From: Planctomycetota bacterium
Lineage (GTDB): Bacteria > Planctomycetota > UBA1135 > UBA2386
Assembly (NCBI GenBank): GCA_965228735.1
Contig: OZ245838.1
Location: 2,624,001-2,688,000 of the forward strand
Direction: 5' to 3'
Length of the DNA: 64,000 bases
In this document: one piece after another, positions 57,554 through 64,000 of the stretch
How positions within the stretch are numbered: the first letter of the stretch is position 1
How the letters are laid out: the number at the start of each line of letters is the position of its first letter
The notes under the pieces: generated by a model
Seen by the model: only the letters and a program-made list of their open reading frames with translations
The model's database searches: none
Told to the model about the DNA's origin: nothing
Translations under genes and position numbers: made by a program

Positions 57554-59590
57554 CTACTTCTCGGCGTGCGCCTGCTCGACGACCGCCTTGCGCTGCGCGA
57601 CGATGTCGTTCTGCACGTTCGGCGGCACGGCCTCGTAGGAGGCGAACTGCATCGAGAACGTGCCCTCACCAGCGGTGATGGAGCGCAGCTGTGTCGAGTA
57701 ATCCAACATCGACGCGAGCGGCACCTGGGCCTTGATCGTCTGGATGCCGTTCTCGATCTCCATGCCGGACATGCGGCCGCGCGCGCTGGACAGGTTGCCC
57801 GCGACGTCGCCCGTGAAGCGCTCCGGCACGTGGATCTCGACGTCCATGATCGGCTCGAGCAGGATCGGCTTGGCCTTGAGGTAGCCGTCGTGCACGGCGC
57901 GCTGCCCGGCGAGCTGGAAGCTCAGCTGGTCGCTGTCGACGTCGTGGAACTTGCCATCGTGGACCTCGACGCGCAGATCGACGACCTGGAAGCCCGCGAG
58001 CGCACCCTTCTCGGTGAACTTCACCGCGCCCTTCTCGACCTCGGGGATGAACTGCCGCGGGATCGCGCCGCCGACGATCGAGTCGACGAACTCGAAGCCC
58101 GCGCCGTGCTCCCGCGGCGCGATGCGCAGGTAGACCTCGGCGAACTGGCCGCGCCCGCCCGACTGCTTCTTGTGCCGGTGGTGCCCTTCGGCCGGCGCCA
58201 TGATCGTCTCGCGGTACGGGATCGTCGGCGGACCGTGCTCGACGTCGACCTGGTAGCGCTCGTGCATGCGCGCGAACTGCACCTCGAGGTGCAGCGGGCT
58301 CATGCCCGTGAGCAGGAACTCGCCAGTCTCCGGATCGCGCCCGTACTGCAGCGTCGGATCCTCGAGCACGACCTTCTCGACCGCGCTGCCGATCTTCTGC
58401 TCGTCGCCGCGCGACTTCGGCCAGATGTGACGCGAGTAGGTCGGCAACGGGAAGTTCGGCTTCGGGAACGCGATGTCGCCCCCGTCCGCGAACACCGTGT
58501 CGCCGTACTCGAGCCCCTCGATCTTGCTCACGGCGAACAGATCGCCCGCGACGACCTTGTCGATCTCGTTCGTCTCCTTGCCGTGAACTCGGAAGATGTG
58601 CGCGAACTTGAGCGACTGCCCGTCGCGCGCGACCTTGACCGAGCTGTCCTTGCCGAGCGACCCGCGCAGGCAGCGCAGGTACGACATCCGCCCGACGTAG
58701 GGGTCGGAGACGATCTTGAAGACCTTGGCGGCGAACGGCTCATCGGCCGCGGGCTCGCAGAGCTCGCCGAACGACTCGGCCCCGGGCTTGCCGGCGCCGC
58801 GCGCGCCGAAGCAGACCGGCGACGGGAAGTGCTCCGAGACGAACGCGAGGAACTTGCGCAACCCGAGCGGACTCAGCGGGTTGATCGCGAACACGGGCGC
58901 CAGCTTGCCGCCCGCGATCGCGCGCCGCAGGTTGGCCTCGAACTCGTCGTCCTCGAGGTGACCGGCCTCGAGGTAGTGCTCCATGAGCGTGTCGTCGACC
59001 TCGGCCTCGTCCTCCTCGATCTGCTCGTGGTATTCCTCGCCGTGCGGCCCCTCGCGCTTCAGCACGTTGAGCGCGGTCTTGAAGTCCTTCGCGGTGCCGT
59101 CGGGGTAGGTCACGGGCACGACCGCGTGACCGAACGCCTCGCGCAGCTCGGCGAGCGTCCGGTCGAAGTCCGTGTTCACGTGGTCGAGGTGGGTCACGAC
59201 GATCGCGCGCCCGACGCCGATGTCACCGGCCGCCTGCCACAGCTGCCGCGCATGGAACGTCAGCGGGCTCGTCGCGTTGACGACGAGCACGACGGTCTCG
59301 ACGACGTCCATCGCGGCGATCGCCGACGCGATGAAGTCGTTGTGGCCCGGCGTGTCGAAGACGTTGAGAACGTGGCCACCGTGCTCCATGCGGAAGAGGT
59401 GCGACGTCAGCGTGTGCTTGCGCTCCTTCTCCTCGGGCTCGACGTCGCTGATGCTCGTGCCCTCCGCGGAGCTGCCGAGCCGCGAGGTCAGTTCGAGATG
59501 ATGGGCGAGGGCGTCGATCAGCGCGGTCTTTCCCGAGTGACCGTGCCCGACGAGCGCGAGGTTGCGGATGTCTTCCGATCCGTGAGCCAT
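57554..59590 (-). CDS. elongation factor G-like protein (EF-G2-type paralogue)
   Basis: GHGHSGKT, DTPG, HKKQSGGRGQF, DGKFHDVDS, LLEPIM; not in an str operon. Confidence 0.9.
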   Translation of the reverse strand: MAHGSEDIRNLALVGHGHSGKTALIDALAHHLELTSRLGSSAEGTSISDVEPEEKERKHTLTSHLFRMEHGGHVLNVFDTPGHNDFIASAIAAMDVVETVVLVVNATSPLTFHARQLWQAAGDIGVGRAIVVTHLDHVNTDFDRTLAELREAFGHAVVPVTYPDGTAKDFKTALNVLKREGPHGEEYHEQIEEDEAEVDDTLMEHYLEAGHLEDDEFEANLRRAIAGGKLAPVFAINPLSPLGLRKFLAFVSEHFPSPVCFGARGAGKPGAESFGELCEPAADEPFAAKVFKIVSDPYVGRMSYLRCLRGSLGKDSSVKVARDGQSLKFAHIFRVHGKETNEIDKVVAGDLFAVSKIEGLEYGDTVFADGGDIAFPKPNFPLPTYSRHIWPKSRGDEQKIGSAVEKVVLEDPTLQYGRDPETGEFLLTGMSPLHLEVQFARMHERYQVDVEHGPPTIPYRETIMAPAEGHHRHKKQSGGRGQFAEVYLRIAPREHGAGFEFVDSIVGGAIPRQFIPEVEKGAVKFTEKGALAGFQVVDLRVEVHDGKFHDVDSDQLSFQLAGQRAVHDGYLKAKPILLEPIMDVEIHVPERFTGDVAGNLSSARGRMSGMEIENGIQTIKAQVPLASMLDYSTQLRSITAGEGTFSMQFASYEAVPPNVQNDIVAQRKAVVEQAHAEK

Positions 59591-59987
59591 GGCGATGTCC
59601 GTTCTGTGAAGGCGCGCGCGGGGCGCCGGGAGAGAGGGTGAGTCTCCGGCACACGCGGGCTGGCCGCCGGGGGGAACGCGCCGAACGCGCGCTCCAGGCG
59701 CCCAGGAAGGTGGGCCGGCGATTACGGGGGACCTCTCCTTATACCCGGCTCGCTACGTCGGGACAGCCCTGGAGCGCCCTCATCACCGGACCACCTGGTA
59801 GCCGTCTGGCGAGCTCACGAGGGCCTGCGGCACGGAGTCCCCGGGCGGCTCCGCCGGGACCGAATCCACCATGGCATCGCGCGGCCCCGCGCGGAGCGGC
59901 GCCCCGGACTCCCGACTTGCAGCTGCTCGAGGTATTCCGCATCCGGACGAGCCGTCACGAAGTTCAGATCTGGTAGGCGGGATTCCG

Positions 59988-60866
59988 ATGGCCCGGGAAA
60001 TGCCGACTTCTCGCTTTGCCTCGGCTGGGTTCACACTCATGGAACTCATGATCGCCGTGGCGATCCTCGCCGTGATCGCAGCGATCGCGATCCCGCAGTA
60101 CGTCTCGGCCCTGCAAGTCGCGCGCGTCGGCAGGGCCCGCGCCGAACTTCGAACCATCGCCGGGGCGATCGACAGCTACCTCGCCGCGCACGGAACGCTG
60201 CCGCTGACGCTCTATGAGGTCGACTTCGGCGGCAAGCGGGACCCGTGGGGTCTGCCATACTGCTACTTCAACTACGGCGCCGGTACGGGAGACGGGCTCG
60301 ACTGGGCGGTCGGAGCCGGCCTCGTCGACCCGAGCGCGATCGTGGCTCGTGCCGAGCCTGCGCGAGCACGCCGCGTCCAGGTGGCCGGACTGGGCGGGGC
60401 GCGGCCAGAAGCGTTCTCCCATCGTGCATCGCCTGAACGGAGACAGGGACAAGGCCAAGGCCAAGGCCAGGGGCAAGGCCAAGGCCAAGGCCAGGGACAA
60501 GGCCAGGGACAAGGCCAGGGACAAGGCCAAGGACAAGGCCAGGGACAAGGCCAGGGACAAGGCCAGGGACAAGGCCTGCAGGGACACCCTTCGCTGCGTG
60601 GCCTGACCAACGCCCTGAAGAAGAGTCAGAACGAGCGCCTGCTCGACGTCATCGCCAAGAAGTCCGGATTCCGGATGTTCACCGCGGTCGATGCCGAATC
60701 GACGCGCCGTCGAGACCGCTTCCTGTTCCCTCTGAACACCGACTACGACCTGTTCACACTCGGACCGGATGGTGCCACGTCCGTCTCGCTCGGCGAGACG
60801 GTCGCCCAGGACGACGTCATCCGGGCCAACAACGGCGGCTTCTTCGGCTCGGTCTCGGAGTACTGA
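59988..60866 (+). CDS. prepilin-type (GspG-like) protein with internal QG repeat
   Basis: AG|FTLMELMIAVAILAVIAAIAIPQY, DPWG.PY, YDLFTLGPDG. Confidence 0.85.
   Translation: MAREMPTSRFASAGFTLMELMIAVAILAVIAAIAIPQYVSALQVARVGRARAELRTIAGAIDSYLAAHGTLPLTLYEVDFGGKRDPWGLPYCYFNYGAGTGDGLDWAVGAGLVDPSAIVARAEPARARRVQVAGLGGARPEAFSHRASPERRQGQGQGQGQGQGQGQGQGQGQGQGQGQGQGQGQGQGQGQGQGQGLQGHPSLRGLTNALKKSQNERLLDVIAKKSGFRMFTAVDAESTRRRDRFLFPLNTDYDLFTLGPDGATSVSLGETVAQDDVIRANNGGFFGSVSEY
60444..60575 (+). repeat. 6-bp-period repeat encoding (QG)22
   Basis: CARGGN tandem array directly visible. Confidence 0.95.
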
Positions 60867-60870
60867 TCGC

Positions 60871-61497
60871 ATGGCATCGTTCAAGCGCCGCCGCCTGCTC
60901 GTCGACCGACGACTCCAGGGCAGCATCATCTCCCATGCCTCGACTGCCGTGGTGTTCGTGCTGCTCGTCGGGATCGCCGGCTCGATCGTGCCGCTCGTCT
61001 GGCAGCTAAGCTCCGGCCGCAGCGCCGACCACGAGAGCGCCGGCATCATCATGCTCTACCTGCACGAGCGGCTCTGGCCGCTGGCGCTGTTCGGCCTGCT
61101 GGTCGTCGCCGGTTCGGCACTGCACTTCTCGCACCGGATCGCCGGCCCGCTCGTGCGCGTGCGGCGTCATCTGCGGCAACTCGGCGATGGCGAGATCCCG
61201 CCGCCCCTGCGGACCCGACCGCGCGACTTCCTCAAGGTCGAGGTCGAGTGCCTGAACTTCGCGGCCAGCGGCATCGCGCATCGGATCGAGACGATCGGCC
61301 GCGGCCACCGGGCGGTCGAGCGCGCGTTCGCAGAGCTCGGAACGACCCCGGGTCCGGCAGCGGAAGCGGCGCTGGCCCGCGCGATCGACGAACTCGGCGC
61401 GGCGATCGCCGAGTTGCGCCTCCCCGCGGCCGGAGCGGCCTCGGACGAGCAACCGCAGGGTGACCGTCTCCTGGCCCTCGACGACGCCATGTCATGA
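60871..61497 (+). CDS. small two-TM HAMP-like membrane protein
   Basis: KRRRLLVDRRLQ, two TMs, SHRIAGPLVR...LRTRPRD. Confidence 0.75.
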   Translation: MASFKRRRLLVDRRLQGSIISHASTAVVFVLLVGIAGSIVPLVWQLSSGRSADHESAGIIMLYLHERLWPLALFGLLVVAGSALHFSHRIAGPLVRVRRHLRQLGDGEIPPPLRTRPRDFLKVEVECLNFAASGIAHRIETIGRGHRAVERAFAELGTTPGPAAEAALARAIDELGAAIAELRLPAAGAASDEQPQGDRLLALDDAMS

Positions 61498-63296
61498 GCG
61501 CCGTCACCAATCCGCTGCGCTCGCGGGTCGGCCGCCGCATCGTCCTGCTGTTCGCCGGCTGCGCGCTCGGACCGCTCGTCGCGTTCCAGCTCGTCTCGAC
61601 GCAGAGCATCCGCGAAACGAGCGAGCAGCAGACCGAGAGCCAGCTTCACGGCCTGGCCAAGACGTCGGGCATGATGGTCGCGGCGCGGCTGGCCAGCATT
61701 CGCAGAGAACTCAGACTCGCTGCGGCAGTTGCTCGATTCCAGGCCCGAGCCGAGGGCTTCCTGGCCGACGCCGAGGTCTATCCCGTGCTGGCCGAACACG
61801 CACTCTCGCTGCAGCTCGTCGGAACCGAGACTCGTCGCGTTCTCGTCGGCGATGCCGACCCGACACCGCTCCGGTTGGATGCCGCGGACGAGCAGCATCT
61901 CGCGCAGGGCGCCGCCCTGCTACGGCTCCATGGTCCCGCGAACGCGATCGTCATGGCGGCGGCCGTCGAACCGCCGCGACTCGACCAACTGCTCGTTGCC
62001 GCGGTCGACCCGAACTGGTTCTGGACATCCGTAGAGATGGCCGGGCCCGGCTGCGAGTTCATGGCCATGGATCGCTCCGGGAATGTGCTGTTCCACACGT
62101 CGACCACGCCACCGGCACCCGAGCAGTTGCCGGTCCAAGGCGCGACCACCTCGCCGTCCGGCACCTTCGAGTGGACGCTCGATGGCAAGCCGCACATCGC
62201 TCGGTATTGGCACTTGTTCGTCGAACCGCAGTACCGCGTCAATCTGCTCGTGGTGCAATCGCTTCCCAAAGCCAGCGCGTTCGCAGTGAGTGACTCGTTC
62301 GTGAACTGGGCCTGGCTCTTTGCCAGCGCGACCCTCCTGGCCGCGGCCTTCGCGAGCCTGGTGCAGATTCGGCGCACGCTGCAGCCCGTCTTGTCGCTGC
62401 GGCAAGCCTCGGAACGCCTGGGCGCGGACCTGAGCACCCGAGCCGAGGTCAGCAGCGAGGACGAGTTCGGCGAACTCGCGAGCACTTTCAACGAGATGGC
62501 CGGACGGCTCCAGGCCAGCTTCGAGCGGCAGCAGTGCACCGAGCAGGAGCTGATACGGTCACGCGATGACGCGCTGGCCGCGGTGCGGGCCAGAGAGGCG
62601 TTTCTCACCAATGTCTCGCACGAGCTGCGGACGCCGATGGCGAAGATCCTCAGCTCTACCGAGATCCTGATGATGCTGAGCCCGGAGGACAACGAGGCCC
62701 GACAGGACTTCACGCAGATCGCGCTCGCAGGCGCCAACGACCTGTCCGGCATCCTCGACGACGTGCTGGCACTCGCCAGCGCTCGCGTGCCAGCGGACGG
62801 TACGATCGCGGTGCCACGGCTCATCGACACGCTGCAGGAGCAACTCGCCGACGATGTCCGCCAGAGGCTGCAGGTCAGCCTCGCCGACGAACTGCCGCTG
62901 GTGATGGGCGACCTGCCCGTGCTCGCCGCTGCCATCCGTCACGTGCTGGACAACGCCGTCAAGTTCGGGCCGGACGGAGCGCCGATCGAGCTGCGCGTGA
63001 GCCGGCAGGGCAACGCCGTTCACATCGACGTGTCCGACCGCGGCCCGGGCATCGAGCCAGCCGATCTGGAACGCGTCTTCGAACCGTTCGTGCAGGTCGG
63101 TCGGGATCAGATGATCGACAAGGCCAACGGCACGGGTGTCGGCCTCGCCCTCGCCCGTCGCGCGGCGGAATCGTGCAACGGCACCCTCACCGTGTCGAGC
63201 ACGGTCGGAACCGGCTCGACGTTTCGTTTCACGCTGCGGATCGTGGCCGTGGACCAGCCCGGCCAGGCCGCCACTCAGCCGGCCCATCTCGCGTAG
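61494..63296 (+). CDS. HAMP domain sensor histidine kinase
   Basis: EDEFGELASTFNEM, SHELRTP, DNAVKF, DRGPGI, GTGVGL, GTGSTF. Confidence 0.93.
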   Translation: MSAVTNPLRSRVGRRIVLLFAGCALGPLVAFQLVSTQSIRETSEQQTESQLHGLAKTSGMMVAARLASIRRELRLAAAVARFQARAEGFLADAEVYPVLAEHALSLQLVGTETRRVLVGDADPTPLRLDAADEQHLAQGAALLRLHGPANAIVMAAAVEPPRLDQLLVAAVDPNWFWTSVEMAGPGCEFMAMDRSGNVLFHTSTTPPAPEQLPVQGATTSPSGTFEWTLDGKPHIARYWHLFVEPQYRVNLLVVQSLPKASAFAVSDSFVNWAWLFASATLLAAAFASLVQIRRTLQPVLSLRQASERLGADLSTRAEVSSEDEFGELASTFNEMAGRLQASFERQQCTEQELIRSRDDALAAVRAREAFLTNVSHELRTPMAKILSSTEILMMLSPEDNEARQDFTQIALAGANDLSGILDDVLALASARVPADGTIAVPRLIDTLQEQLADDVRQRLQVSLADELPLVMGDLPVLAAAIRHVLDNAVKFGPDGAPIELRVSRQGNAVHIDVSDRGPGIEPADLERVFEPFVQVGRDQMIDKANGTGVGLALARRAAESCNGTLTVSSTVGTGSTFRFTLRIVAVDQPGQAATQPAHLA

Positions 63297-63338
63297 CAAG
63301 GTCGCGATCGGGCCCGGCCCTGACTCGCCGGCTCGCGC

Positions 63339-63986
63339 CTACCGAATCGGATCGCCGATCACGATTGCCACACGGCGGTTCGCGGCCTTGTTCGAGCCGA
63401 GCGGATCGAACGGCCCGTAGCCGACGACGGCGATCGCGGACTCCGGCACGCCCTGCGAGACGAGGTAGCGCGCAACCGAATCGGCGCGCTCGCTCGAGAG
63501 GTGACGGTTGCTGCGGAACTTGTTCTTCGTGCGCCGGATCGGATCGGTGTCCGTGTGGCCCTCGACGAAGATGCGCTTGCCCGCGTGCCGCGACTTGAGA
63601 ACGCTCGCGACGTTCTGCAGCACGCGGTGCGCCGACGACTTGAGCGCGGTGCTGCCGGAGTCGAACGTGACGGAGTTGTTCACGTCGATGCTCAGGCGGC
63701 CGCGGCGGTAGGACACCGACGCGTCGTCGCCGACGGCGCGCTGCGTGTCCGAAACCTCGTCGTTCGACCGCGCCGGCGTCGCCGACGCGTCACGCAGCGC
63801 GGCCTGCGCCGCCTGCTCACGCCGGAGCAGTTCGTCGTTCTCACCGCGCAGCTGGGCCACCTGGCCATTGAGCTCGCGGATGCGCGCGTCGCGCTCGCGC
63901 AGCATGTCCTGGTAGCGCGTCGTGCAACCGGCGCTGAGCATCAGGATGGAAGCGGAGAGGAACAGAATCGATTTGCGGAACAGCAT
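63339..63986 (-). CDS. OmpA/MotB family peptidoglycan-binding lipoprotein
   Basis: Lipobox LSAGC, coiled coil, FDSGS, VEGHTD, LSSERA, NRRV. Confidence 0.92.
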   Translation of the reverse strand: MLFRKSILFLSASILMLSAGCTTRYQDMLRERDARIRELNGQVAQLRGENDELLRREQAAQAALRDASATPARSNDEVSDTQRAVGDDASVSYRRGRLSIDVNNSVTFDSGSTALKSSAHRVLQNVASVLKSRHAGKRIFVEGHTDTDPIRRTKNKFRSNRHLSSERADSVARYLVSQGVPESAIAVVGYGPFDPLGSNKAANRRVAIVIGDPIR

Positions 63987-64000
63987 GGTGCCTCGGACTT

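Noticed and set aside
63339..63986. Flagellar stator MotB
   Set aside because: Has a lipobox rather than the Asp-bearing TM helix, and no motA is visible in the window

Overview
GC-rich bacterial chromosome segment with about 48 densely packed genes. An ECF sigma/Ser-Thr kinase pair, a prenyltransferase-repeat protein and large DUF2950-like pilins suggest an uncultured Planctomycetota-type organism (inference only). No rRNA, tRNA, CRISPR array, transposase or integrase was recognised. Main blocks: (i) housekeeping and transport genes (thiolase, ClC, NUDIX-MBL, MFS, comM-like ATPase, DASS permease, cutA, DHH, mog, CBS, TlpA, TatD, EF-G paralogue); (ii) a kinase-ECF module divergent from a broken secreted-protein gene that is followed by an orphan paralogous C-terminal cassette; (iii) two tandem giant Ig-like/glycine-rich lipoproteins; (iv) a type IVa pilus locus (pilT-pilB-pilC-TPR-two pilins) running into a GT2-GT4-TMTC-like glycosylation operon; (v) a pseudopilin-HAMP-histidine kinase operon. 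Best candidate for an undescribed system: the pilins' globular domain recurs twice in a separate secreted protein with no prepilin helix (2805-4289), and a sigma28-like motif (TMAN-N17-19-CGATAG) precedes that gene, the HD-GYP operon, pilT, the GT operon and one hypothetical gene. There is also a perfect 54-bp-arm palindrome at 46474-46584. All calls come from reading motifs by eye; no searches were run.
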